From Antedon mediterranea (Eukaryota > Animalia > Echinodermata), in contig NC_092673.1 of assembly GCF_964355755.1 (NCBI RefSeq), positions 7,316,001 to 7,380,000 of the forward strand: a stretch of 64,000 nt of DNA, given 5' to 3'. The position numbers and the translations under genes are program-made. Under the pieces are notes generated by a model. It did not search any database, was not told where the DNA came from, and saw only the letters and a program-made list of their open reading frames with translations. Of the stretch, positions 1 to 12,647 are shown in pieces. Numbering within the stretch: position 1 is the stretch's first letter; each line of letters starts with the position of its first letter.

Positions 1-352
1 TGTTTTACGAAATACAAAAAAAGAAGCAAGACATTTAGTAAACAAAGGATTGCATTGTAAAAACTGCAATAAAATTAAGCTACAGGTATTAAATATTAAT
101 ATTAATTGAATTACAGTATAAAATATGGAAATTGGACAATAACCACCAGAACAATACATATACCCATTATGGCCTGTACCATGTTAGAGTGACAATGTTA
201 GGTGTCGGCTTGTTTTTAAAATCAATCTTTACAATTGAATTACAGTACATTTGTTAAATAAGTATAAGTTAAATAATATAATATCTATCTATACTATTTT
301 ATGAAAACTACAATTAAGTTTTAAGTATAGTCAGCAGTCATTGTTTACTGTA

Positions 353-555
353 GGGCCTGTTTCTATTGAAAAATCTTGCCGCTTTTATTAAAAAGATTCC
401 GTTGCAGTTAAAAATGTTTTCATTTTTTAAATCACTACTTGACGATCGAAACCGGAATCAAAATATGTGGATCCATTTCTATTGGCAAGAAAATACAGTT
501 TTAAATAAAATATGTTATTTATGTCGGTATTCTCTTGCGCAATAGAAACGGTCTC
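353..555. mobile_element. Degenerate Harbinger-like MITE
   Basis: Imperfect TIRs GGGCCTGTTTCTATTG / CAATAGAAACGGTCTC; TSD not clean. Confidence 0.45.
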
Positions 556-1383
556 TTAGTGAATCTGTTTGGACAGTAGTCTTTACCAATGTTGAAAATG
601 TGTGTTTGATGTGAAGTTGATATGAGATGTGTGCGGTATACAAATTAAATGTCAAACCATAAAATGGCAAATTTGCTAGTCCTGATTTTAAGGACTGAAT
701 GATGCTTTTACCTGTTTACTGAAAGATAATACCAATACTTAAAAAAATATTTTACATTAGAATGAACTTTAGAGTTATAAACTGAATAATTCAGTGTGCA
801 TTTTGTACGGGAAATAGTTCAACAATTGAATTATTATACAATTTGTTAAATCATAACTGCGTAAATTATGTACAGTTTATCAGGTTCAAGTGCAGACAAA
901 CTACAGTATACTGCTTATTGTTTCAACCATAAACACATTCACAATTGATTTAAAACCAGAAACATCAATGGTCATTTTTGTACAATTACCACCATGCTCA
1001 ATACTAATATTCAGCACTTGACTCTCTGATTTTCAATTTCAAAATTTATATTTAAATACAGAGAGACTTATTTGAAACGCTGGCCATGAGACCTAACGAT
1101 TAAACTAGCTGTTTTGTTTCTGCTGAAATGAACAACAATACAAATTCAAATCACAGTTGATTTGGTCATAATGGTACAAGAACAATTAGGTCATTGTTAC
1201 TGTACAAGTTAAAATGAAATTACTAACGGTATGCGAGACACTTAATGACTGACTGCTATGTTTTGCTTTTGACCGTTGTGGTCCGTATCATGGCGATAAT
1301 TGCAATCAACCAATGGGGTGCCACATTTGGGTTTGATTATTTTTCCAATTTGAGGCTAGCACTTTACTGTTAGTAACTCTAAC

Positions 1384-1415
1384 CATAGAGAAATAAGTTA
1401 ACTTATTTCTCTATG
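1384..1415. mobile_element. 32-bp perfect palindrome with 7-bp TSD; minimal P-like DNA transposon relic
   Basis: CATAGAGAAATAAGTT|AACTTATTTCTCTATG flanked by CTCTAAC on both sides (1377-1383, 1416-1422). Confidence 0.75.
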
Positions 1416-4400
1416 CTCTAACATTAAATGTTGGTCTACTTAATTTTACTTTTTACATTCATTTTCATATTTAAAAAAAAATATCTTACTAAAAAGGAAA
1501 ATTAACAGTTAGTAGTAAAAGATGAAAGTAAAAAAAAACAAAAAAAAATATTTCTTCATAGTATTTTGAAATGTTTTTTTATTTCTTCATATTTCTTAAG
1601 TGATCATTATAATAAGCATTAATCATACTTTTAGGATTATTACTATTAAAATGATTAAGAACATGTAAAGGATATATCAAATACCACAAATACTAGTGAT
1701 TAATTAATAAGTCACTTCATCGAAGGTCAGTTTGTTAATCATAATTATTAATAATAGTGGTAGTAATATTATTAAGATGATGAAACATTTTAATTGATTA
1801 CTTCAATTTGGGTTATTTCATCTTAATCGTGTACTTTACACTTGAATTTGAAAATGTTATATTAAGAGACAGAAAGACAAAAATTATTAAAAAATTTACT
1901 GTAAACATATACAGTACTACAGTACAGTAACCTTATATTCATTTTCAATTAATAAAAGTAGGCAGCATTTTTAGAAAAATTATTAAAATAAAAAGACTGT
2001 CGGAATATATGAGTCATAATGCGGTAGCGGTCAATTAAAGAAAATGGAATTAGGTAATTGGATAATAAACATATGTTAATAATACGAGATGTGATGTTGC
2101 TATGGAAACACTTATGAAAAGATAGCTGTTATGCCTGTCCTCAATTTTATTCCGACATAGAACTAGTTTATTTTTCCCATTTAAACGATTAAATGCTTTT
2201 TTCTATAGTATTATTTTTCACGTTAATGTTAATATAATTCTTGAAAATGTTTGTACCAAATTACTAAAAATAATGCAAATCTATTTAATTTGTTAATTCT
2301 AAACTAGATGTGGGCAGATAATGAAGATACTTTCAACACACCTGTTTGGTGTAAGCAAAAAAGCTACAGTATAGGTATCACTGATTCTTTTCAGTCCATT
2401 CATTCTTAAATTGTCAGCTACTTTGTTGCTTCAGGATGAATAGAAAAGTCTGATTCACCACTACACCGTACACGCATTGGCTGTGATGTCATCGGTTTGT
2501 TTTCAGTATGTGCTTAGACACTGTACGATCACCGAGCGTAGTAATAATTAAGTCGGTAAAATGTGCTACTGTATTACTCGAAACCATGGTACTTAAAGCC
2601 TTTTCACACTGGAATTGAAAAATGATAAACCAAGGTAACTTTACGCAAGGTCTAAATTTGATCTTTGTTTGCACTTAGACAGTTCTATGATGGATTGTCA
2701 AAACGTAACCATGACGTTAAAAACTATGATTTCCTCGCATGGTGCTAATGTCGAGTATTTACTTGAGTCGCACTTTTGAATTGGACTATTTACCAGCATG
2801 TTTCGTTTTACCAAGATGGTAAAGTGGTCAGTAAAAACCATTGGTCTTTGTTAAATTAACCCTGAGGTTTTAACCCCCAGTTAATTTGACCAATCTATTA
2901 AAAATTGGACAAACTACAGATTATAAATTGACCCACATTTGTGGCCAGGATTCAGTCATAGATGAGCTACTGTACCCACATCAACATGATTTCTATAAAA
3001 ATTATTAAATTAATTTAAATATGTTAGAAAGTTGAAGTATGCTATAATTAGTGTCAATGTACATGTAAAATGGTGACTAAGTGGTGTATTTTGTTGTTTT
3101 CCCTCCATTGGGTAGTTGCATTGGGGCTGCTCATGTTGTGGGACCCCTTAAGCTCTGGGGGTTAAACAGTGAGTGCTCAAAGCTGTAACACCACTAATAT
3201 AATAACCAATTTATGTCTCATGTAAAATAAATTGTTTCTCCTGCTTGCTACAAAATGTATATGTTATGTTCTTATAAAATGGCTTTACTGATAAAAGAGT
3301 GTTCATGTCAAGAGCAGCACTACAGATTGCTAAGTACAGTACATTGGATTGGAATGTATACACAATTGCCTGGTGGAATATTTCATAATAAAGATGTTTA
3401 CTATTAATCATTGCATTGGTATTTTAGACCCTCTCACTGTATATTATCCACTTAAGCATAGTGTACCCTTGAAATATGGATATATTGAACAAAAATACAT
3501 GTACTGTTAAATGTCAATCATATCTTTATTTCTATGGGATTATTACCAAATAAATAGGCATAATGCAACGGTAATCTAAATACTGTATATATATACGGTA
3601 TATATTTTTGACAGCAGAAATGGTGCTGCTCACAAACATTTAAAAAAAAGCATGTTAACAGGACCACCCAACCACTGCTTCTAGCAGAATCTGGATATTC
3701 AAAATATGGTATAAATAAAATATATATATCATATTTTATACTGTATTTTTTTATACCATTCTGAAGATGCAGCAGGAACAGGCGCTATTCAGGCTTAGAA
3801 TTTGATGTAGTACTTTTGTTTCATTTTTAACCCTAAAGGCTACTAACACACTATTGTAGGACGATATTAACGATTAATGATAAACATACATATTTCTTTA
3901 CACAAAAACAAAAGAATTTAGAGAAGTTTTCATTTTAGGACAATATTTATTTATGATGTCTTTGATAAAAATAATATTTTTTAAATTGAATCAAATGATG
4001 TCATGATCAATAAGAACAATGCAATCATTGTCAGTGATAGAATTAGATGAATATTAAGCAGGTATTTTAATTTTTCCTTGAAAAAATCATCATCTATGTA
4101 CCGGTCGTGTACACAAAAGGTGGCGTGACCAGCTCTCTTTATTTCCTCATTTATTTTTCTTCGAAGTAATTCAAATAAAATTGCCTGTATAAAATGTTAT
4201 TTTATTCATATTTTCCCTCAATCTGTTTGTGTTATCAGAAAGTTTTCATTCCGGTTAAACTCGGTCACTAGCAAACATCAGATCTTATTGTAGAATTCAA
4301 TTTACCGAGTACACTGTTATAAAAAATGTTGGCAGAGGTATGTTTGGATGTTCCCATTTAAGGGAAAGTTGGAGGTAAAGACCCTATAGTAGTCTACAGT

Positions 4401-5119
4401 ATTATCTTGTTAAGGGCTAAAAAGAAAATTTATTGAGATACAATTATGCATTGTTTGTTGATATTTTTATTATATTGTATATATTAATATAATTGTTGCG
4501 TTTTATGGCTTTTTAGGATGTACAGTATTTACCAATATGTATATTTAATGTTTAAAATATTTGTAAAAGATATTTTGGTTAATGATGATCTGTGATTGAT
4601 TATTATTCAATAGTTTTGGATTGGCTTCTGAAAGAAATTTATTAGGTACTGTATGTTTGATTATGTTTTACTGTACATAATTAGTTTGTATACTGCATCA
4701 TAAGTCTTTACTTATACAAGTACTATAGTAAACAACTAGTCAGCAATGTACTGTTCTATAATACTTAATTGATGTGGCCTAGTTTACTACAACTAGTATA
4801 CATTTGTTAACGTTCTTCTTCATCTTCATCTCTATACTTGGTACTTGGTTGGTTTGTTTCCTCCTGAATCTTCCACGAGGGAAATTAACTAGGAGGTCTC
4901 AGTGAAGTGGTGGTGCTGTTTAATTTGTTTGGACAAGGTGCTTGCTAAAATCTTCTTTAAAGTTTGCATGTTTTAGTTATGTTAACAATAGACTGCGATA
5001 TAGTAGGCCTGTTAAGTGACCCAATCCTTCAAATTGTGATAACATTCTGAAACTTTGCACAGTTATTCATTAGGGTGTCAAAAATATGAAATGGAAGGGT
5101 TGCACAAAATTTGGTCAGG

Positions 5120-5710
5120 GGAAAGCCGCCATTTTGGATTTCAAAATGGCGGACCCAAATTGTTCACTTTTCAGGTATATCTCTGCTAAATAGGCACCTA
5201 GAGTTCTGAATTTAGGTGCAAATAATATGGTAATGGGGTCACCAAACATATTGGTATAACTAACATTTTAATTGCATGGCGGCCATTTTGGATTTCAAAA
5301 TGGCGGACTTCAAATTTTCACTTTTTAGGTATATCTCTGCTAAAGAGGCACCTAGAGTTCTGATTTTAGGTGCAAATTATATGGTAGTGGGGTCACCAAA
5401 CATACTGGTATAACTAACATTTTGATTCCATGGCGGCCATGTTGGATTTCAAAATGGCGGATTTCAAATTTTCATTTTTCAGGTATATCTCTGCTAAAAA
5501 GGCACCTAGAGTTCTGATTTTAGGTGCCAATTATATGGTAATGGGTAACCAAACATATTGGTATTTAACTGACATTTTTATTGCATGGCGGCCATTTTGA
5601 ATTTCAAACCTACAGTTATAATTTTAGGTACAAAGTATAATATAGTATTGAGGTCAACAAACATATTAGTATAACGTCTTTGATTGCATGGCGGCCATTT
5701 TGAATGTAGC
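5120..5710. repeat. Subterminal tandem repeats of about 154 bp with palindromic core GCCGCCATTTTGGATTTCAAAATGGCGG (left arm)
   Basis: Cores near 5126, 5279, 5433, 5587 and 5690 (last two partial); mirrored at about 7815-8430. Confidence 0.9.
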
Positions 5711-5774
5711 TCAACCCGTACTGGCTTTACACTATTTGTTTATCTTCATAATTACATGCATTTAACACGGACAC

Positions 5775-6930
5775 TTATTGTAGGTCACATTTTCCCTGGC
5801 AACCACACAGCTCTGTACATCGTAAATCACTCTTTCTGCATTTACAGCATCCAAGATCACAGTCGGTGTGTCCACAGCGAATTAAAACCTTTCTGACATC
5901 TGAAAGTTCCGGCAATGAACTCCAAGCTGGACTAAATTTTTTGCCGTCCTTCCTCTATCCCCAGTTCGCTGGGTCCTGTTCAACTCTGAATGCATCTAGA
6001 CAGTCGTACCACTTCCTGGCTTCCGTTTCAAATGTTCTCTTAATGCCGCAGATGTTGGGGGATATTTTCAATAGTCTTTCTCTTGTAAAAAGATATCGTC
6101 TTGCATCATTAAATGTTCTGCAGTAGACATAGTTACAACAAACTGTTCTAGATAATCTGTGTCTGTTTCACTAACATGTCCTACAGACAATGACATCCTC
6201 TCAAAAACTGGAGTCATACATGGCATCTTTTTCAAGGTCTCGTTAAATGTAGCTTTACCTTTTCCTTAAACAGATGAAGTTCTATCACAACCGCTAATGG
6301 CATGAAAGAACAAGTAAGCGGCTGATGCTTGTGATCCAAGAGAAGAAGCAATCTCGTGTATTGGGATGTACTTCAAGTGCTTCCCCACTCCAAACTCGAT
6401 CCGAAGCTCGTGGATGCCAGGTATTCTGTGGAAAGCTGACAACAACATCACTGTGTACAGTCTTGATAATGCGTGGAAAATTTCAGCGGCAAGTTTAACG
6501 TGAACAAACATACGTTCATCTACCTCTTCTATGTTACATGGCATCAGCGATTGTATATTTACTGGTTTGTTACAGCTCTGTCTCCCAAAGACCCTACAAA
6601 CATTCCGTGATTTGTGCCAATGTTCTCTACTACTTCAGTTACAATAAATGAAAACAACTCTGATTTGTTGTCATCAAATCTAAAAAATGTGGTCCAATTG
6701 TTGGGCATGCTCCCGCTGGCTTTAACGACCCTGCTTACACCAGAGACGCGGTTTGAACGCGTACCAGACTTTAAACTGTCGTTAAAGTATCTATCGTGTC
6801 ACTGATCAAAGTTGATGGTTGTATGACACTTGATATATACTCAATGAATGTCTTCGAATCATTGGGTCTGAGCATATTGATTATTGCTGGTCCATCTAAC
6901 ACCTTGGCAGCAACTAATGGTGCTTCATTT
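5775..6930 (-). pseudogene. Academ transposase C-terminal fragment: XPG/FEN1-like nuclease plus Cys-rich zinc finger (disrupted)
   Basis: VLDGPAIINML, DRYFNDSLK, PCNIEEVDERMFVH, FFHAISGCDRTS, DPANWG*, LIRCGHTDCDLGCCKCRKSDLRCTELCGCQGKC; contains stops and frameshifts. Confidence 0.85.
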
Positions 6931-7800
6931 TGTCGTACAACCATATATAGACCATCAACTTCGATCAGTGACGCGACCAGATTTGGTTTTCGATAGATAG
7001 TTTAACGACGGTTTAAAGTCTAGTACACGTTCAAACCGCGGCACTGGTGTAAGGAGGGGCGTCAAAGCCAGTGGGAGCATGCCCAACAATTGGACCACAT
7101 ATTCGAGATATGATGACAACAAATCAGAGTTGTTTCATTAATTGTAACTGAAGTAGTAGAGAACATTGACACAAATCACGGAATGTTTGTAGGGTCTCTG
7201 AGAGACAGAGCTGTAACAAACCAGTCTGTAAATATACAACCGCTGATGCCATGTAACATAGAAGAGGCAGATGAACGTATGTTTGTTCATGTTAAACATG
7301 CCGCTAACATTTTTCCGCGCATTCTTGTCAAGACTGTAGACAGTAATGTTGTTGTTATTTCATTGTCAACTTTCCACAGAATACCTGGCATCCACGAGCT
7401 TTGGATCGAGTTTGGAGTGGGGAAGCACTTGAAGTATATCTCAATACACAAGATTACTTCTCTTGGATCACAAGCATCAGTCGCTTGTTCTTTCATTCCT
7501 TTAGCAGTTGTGATACAACTTCATCTGTTCAAGGAAAGGAATTTGAGACGATGTCATTGTCTGTAGGGGATGTTAGTGACACAGATTATCTAGAACAGTC
7601 TAGATGGATTCAGGGTTGAACAGGACCCAGCAAACTGGGGATGGAGGAAGGACGGCAACAAATTTAGTCCAGTTTGGAGTTCATTGCCGGAACTTTCAGA
7701 TGTCACAAATTAGGTTTTAATTCGATGTGACACACTGACTGTGATCTTGGACGCTGGAAATGCAGAAAGAGTGATTTATGATGTACAGAGCTGTGTGGTT
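6931..7800 (+). pseudogene. Second, inverted copy of the Academ XPG/zinc-finger fragment (disrupted)
   Basis: PYIDHQLRSVTRPDLVFDR*, PCNIEEADERMFVHVKHAA, VKTVDSNVVVI, FFHSFSSCDTTSS; internal deletions relative to the left arm. Confidence 0.85.
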
Positions 7801-7814
7801 ACTAGGTTTGAGCT

Positions 7815-8430
7815 ACATTCAAAATGGCCGCCATGCAATCAAAGACGTTATACCAATATGTTTGTCGACCTCAATACCATATTATACTTTGTACATAAAA
7901 TTATAACTGTAGGTACCGTACTGAAACATTTTGAGCTTGCCATTTTGAAATTCAAAATGGCCGCCATGCAATCAAAATGTTAGTTAAATACCAATATATT
8001 TGGTGACCCATTACCAGTTGCACCTAAAATCAGAGCACTGTGTACCTTTTTAGCAGAGATATACCTGAAAAGTGAAAATTTGGGGTCCGCCATTTTGAAA
8101 TCCAACATAGCCGCCATGCAATCAAAATGTTAGTTATACCAATATGTTTGGTGACTCCATTACCATAATTATAATTTGCACCTAAAATCAGAATTCTAGG
8201 TGCCTTTTTAGCAGAGATATACCTGAAAAGTGAAAATTTGAAGTCCGCCATTTTGAAATCTAACATGGCCGCCATGCAATCAAATGTTAATTATACCAAT
8301 ATGTTTGGTGACCCCACTACCATATATTTTGCATTTAAAATCAGAACTCTAGGTGCCTCTTTAGCAGAGATATACCTGACAAGTGAAAATTTGAGGTCCG
8401 CCATTTTGAAATCCAAAATGGCGGCTTTCC
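7815..8430. repeat. Inverted copy of the 154-bp subterminal repeat array (right arm)
   Basis: CCGCCATTTTGAAATCCAA(A/C)ATGGC cores repeated in reverse orientation to 5120-5710. Confidence 0.9.
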
Positions 8431-8956
8431 CCTGACCAAATTTTGTGCAACCCTTCCATTTCATATTTTTGACACCCTAATGAATAACTGTGCAAAGTTT
8501 CAAAATGTTATCACAATTTGAAGGATTTGCCTAAAATATGCACCTTAACATGCCTACTAATAGGGTATTCCATGTTCTAATAGTTCTCGGAAAAAAAGAT
8601 GGCTGGTAGACTGTGGATGAAGTTTGTGGAACTATTAGCTGTTTGCTGTGGTCTCTATCTATTTTTCCTGATTAAATTTATTACGGTATTCAAAGAAGCA
8701 CAGAAAGTTTCAGTAGGTCTGTTTAAAGACATCCCAACTCTCCCGATAACGGCAGGATTCTCTCTGCACTTTCTCCCAAAAAAGTTTATAATTTCTACTA
8801 CTAGATATAGAAAAAACATACTACTATGTTATAGTTTAATATTCAATTCATGCATTGTTTAATAAGTGAAATAATGAGTTGGCACCGTATTTTCTGCCTT
8901 TGGCATGTCTGACATACCCATGTTTGAGATGCCAATATCTTAAATTTTTTTCTTTT

Positions 8957-9046
8957 TTATAGTGCCCTCTATGGTGTGATTTATAGCGCCCTCTATGGTG
9001 TGATTTATAGCGCCCTCTATGTTTAGTTTGTATAGCGCCCTCTATA
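8957..9046. repeat. Short 24-bp tandem repeat (TTTATAGCGCCCTCTATGGTGTGA), about 4 copies
   Basis: Directly visible; a related single copy lies near 19720. Confidence 0.8.
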
Positions 9047-12000
9047 GTTTCATAAAACATGATATTTCATTTTTTCAAAGTTGGAAAATCTGTATTTATA
9101 TCCTTCATGTTCAGCTTCACTCTATTGAATAGTTTTTTTGGTTAATTTCTCTCTCTTTACCAACTGTTCCCACATCCAGGGTCTACCCCTACTCTATGTA
9201 TTGTCAGGTAAATGAATAGGTTAATTGGATTATTGAATTGTAGTGTTTCGTTGTTTTTCCTCAGTTTTGTCATGCCCATGAAAACAATAGCCCAGGCCAA
9301 CAAAAAAGATTGATAGTTTGGGGCAAAAAGTCAATTGTTATCCTGAAAAATCAAGACATTTTCAATCAAAACGTTGCTAATTTCAGTAGGCTCTTACAAT
9401 TTTGTTGTTGAGAGGACAAAAAATTCAGAAATATTTTATCATTTCTGAGAAAACATTCAGTGGAATTTTCCTGGAACTGATAGTAGGTACAGTACTGTAG
9501 TCTGAATTCCATTAGAAATCCTGGAATTTGTCAATATTTGACAATATCGGAAAACCACCACCATAACCACATTTACATAGTATCAACAGTATATTTGGCA
9601 TACTAAAAAGTTCTATATAACCAGTATACTGTTGGAAAGTCTAGACTATTGTTTTTATTATTAAAAAAAGTACAATGTATATGTTACTTTCTAAAGGAAG
9701 GTACATTTTTTTTACACATTCACTTGTCCACTTGTTTGATGCCCTATGTACCGAAACATGGCAGCCAAAATGATATCAACATATGATTGAGGCTCACTGC
9801 TGTACTGTTAATTTTTTTATTGGTTGCCCATCAGGATTAAGCATTTTAATTTTGAGTTGTCCTACAGTACTGTCGTATGTACATTTCTGATGTGTGTATT
9901 TTTATCTAATTTGGCTTTAAAGTCATCACAAAGGAAATTGTTCATCCCACCCACATCGACAGCCCATAATGGTTTAATGCGGACACTTCACAAGATTATA
10001 AGCAAATGACTGATTTTTAGAAATATGGTATCTATCTGTATATTGCCAAATACTATTAAAATCAAATCCGCAAACATGAGCATTTAAATACAGTATTTTA
10101 TTTTGGTAAAAACCTACAGAATTAAACTACTCTATTATTACTGTGCATGTCAATATCTTTTTGTCAGCAGTTTAAACATGCCCTAATTTATTATTTATAA
10201 GCACCATTTCTGCTGCCAACAAATATAGTTTACTGCACTACAAAAATACTTTATACAGTAAATGTGCATCATATCTTGTTGGCAGCAGTTTAAATAGGAC
10301 CTAACTTACTGTACTTGTAGAATAGGTACATATTTGGTACTGTACAGTAGGTGTATTGACTGAGTTCCAACGGAAGGAAGGAAGGAAACAATGTGTTAAA
10401 CTCAATAGGTACAGTATCTTGCATCAGGAATGAGTCCTGTTGCTTAATAGTATTTAGTGCAAAAGAATATTCAAAGAGTTGTCAGGCTTTTCAATTTGCT
10501 ACTGTATAGAAATGTCTTTTAAAAGGCCTGTTTCTGCTGTGGAAAAATAACCAAATGATAACTGCCAAGAAACAGGACAAATGCCCGGTTTAAAATAACT
10601 GTTAACAGCAATTCAAAATAATAGTTATTTGATTGACCGCTGTTGACCTTGAGGAAACTATCATAGCATCTTGAAAGTTTGATTGCCTAAGCGCATTGCA
10701 TTTTGGGTAACATTGGAAACCACCCACTGATTAAAATTGTTTTTGGGAGCGAAAATTAAACAAAATGCATTTCAAGTCAAGACACATTTCAAGTCACTGT
10801 GTTTGACTAATGAATTAAATAGAATATACAAAATTTAAAAATATAAAATAATTTACTATTTAACAACAGGAATTACAATTACATAGTATTAGTACATTTT
10901 ACAAATGATTTATGATGTAGATTGTATCCTATTTCTTAATAATAAGACAATGATTAATACCATCTTGGCTCAGTTACTTAGTATGCACTATCTCAACATA
11001 ATTTGTGTATAATTGTATAAGTATAGTATGAAGTGACAGTTTGAATATTGAATATTTCAGTAGTCATTGCTGACTATGTCCCTTGTGTGTTATTTATACT
11101 ACTTATGGAATGGATTTATCGCAAATTAATGTACGATTATGGAGGTGATATGTGCAGTATGTACCTTTAGATGATGAATGCTAAAAAAGTCTCCCGTATG
11201 AGTTGAGTATTTGAGCAATGAGTCCAGATAAGCAAAAGAAACAATAATAAAAAATCAACATTTATATTTTTTACGATTTATTTACAAAGTGTGTTTACTA
11301 GAAATGTTCGCGATTTGCCAGATTTTGTCAGAAAACTCATGACGTAAATTTTGCGATGCACCTGTGACGTCACAGCAATTTACGGTGACGGCTGTACAGC
11401 GAGAGCATGCGGAGATATCATTAATTTTTGCGATGGTTCTTAAATCATATGCACATCCCTAATACGTTGTTAAAATATGGTCCTGGGTCAAATTCTATAG
11501 CAGCATAAGACTTAAAGCTGAGGGTTCAGTGTACAAATCTGGATGTGCACTTAAAACCTAGTGCTCATTTTGAAAGGTTACACAGAAGAGTTAACAAATT
11601 GGAAATGCCAATTAACTATATAAACTAAATACTGAAAAATTAAATATTTTTAATTTGAAAAATGTAGTCCTCTTAAAATTGATTGACTTATAAAATATGT
11701 TTCACTTTCTGTTACTATTATGAAATATAAATATTTAAAGTATGAATCAATTTAAAACAAGTAATGTGTTCCTTGCCATAGAGTTTGTCAAGTAGGCCTA
11801 CTACAGCATTCAATTGTTTAAATTCTGAATTTCCTGGGTCTCCTAATACACTTGTTGATAGGCCCTGAGGTGACCCAAAGTTCAAACCACCAAATAGAAA
11901 CTTGTCAATCAGCCAATGAGAAGCTTTGTTTAACAACACATCCTGTAGAACACTGTACAATACTGATATAGGATCATATTCTAGTATTTATTTTGTGTTT

Positions 12001-12580
12001 TTATGGGTTCATAAGATCAGAAATTGTAGAAAGTTTTGTGGCGTTGGAAGTGGCAGTTATACTACAGCAGTTTCAGGATATATATTATTTGATGATATTT
12101 CTATGTACTGTACAGTGTATGTTCCTGAATCCTTGACTAATATAGGAGTGGTAAATACAAGTAACAAAGTACCGGTTTGTTTTAGCACTCAGTCATTGCT
12201 GTTAGAAGATATAGGCATTCCTTTACACTTTGATCTTTTAAAACAATCATCGTACTGTACTAAACACTGGTGCAGAAAGTCTACAGAAAACAATCAGTGA
12301 CTGAGAGTAATGTACTTTATTGAAAGTACTGTTCTACTAAACATACAACTGATTCTATTGATTGATTGAAGTTGCTGTGTTGTATTTGTTTCTATAGAAC
12401 ACACTGTAGGCCTACAGAGCAGGACTAGTACTTAGCTTAGTAGGCAATACAGCTGTATTACTTGTTTTCTGTAGTACAGAGATACTAATTGTACTGTAGT
12501 AGGCCATTGGAACATATAGTCGGAACTTGCCATGCTGCGTGATTTACTTATATCAGTTTTTGGATAAAAATAGAATCAAA

Positions 12581-12647
12581 ATGTCGACCCTGTTTGATTC
12601 GCTAATAGCTGAGGGCCTAGGAGTAGCCACCAGTGCCATTGGAATAG
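12581..12647 (+). CDS. RAPGEF1: Candidate first coding exon of RAPGEF1 (MSTLFDSLIAEGLGVATSAIGI-)
   Basis: CAAAATG start context, 22 open codons plus 1 nt, strong donor G|GTAAGT; phase 1 matches the acceptor at 32598 (G+AT=Asp). No homology support. Confidence 0.55.

Larger units (their letters stand above)
5001..8559. mobile_element. Palindromic (foldback) non-autonomous AcademX-type DNA transposon
   Basis: Termini TAGTAGGCCTGTTAAG / CTTAACATGCCTACTA, 3-bp TSD ATA; the two halves are reverse-complementary almost throughout and both carry the same transposase C-terminal region. Confidence 0.88.

Noticed and set aside
7741-8435. ORFs with repeated MAAM/FKMA motifs
   Set aside because: Translations of the non-coding 154-bp subterminal repeats.
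5001-8559. Possibility that the large palindrome is an assembly fold-back artefact or a cellular FEN1/XPG gene
   Set aside because: The arms have many independent substitutions and indels, there is a TSD, and the domain order and termini match Academ transposons.
8957-9046. CTCF-like GCGCCCTCTA motifs in tandem
   Set aside because: The match lacks the correct spacing to the TGG of the CTCF core and sits in a probable TE fragment; reported only as a repeat.
11718-11960. GSPQGLSTSVLGDP resembling the LINE reverse transcriptase motif GVPQGSVLGP
   Set aside because: No following YADD-like motif or extended similarity; too weak to call.
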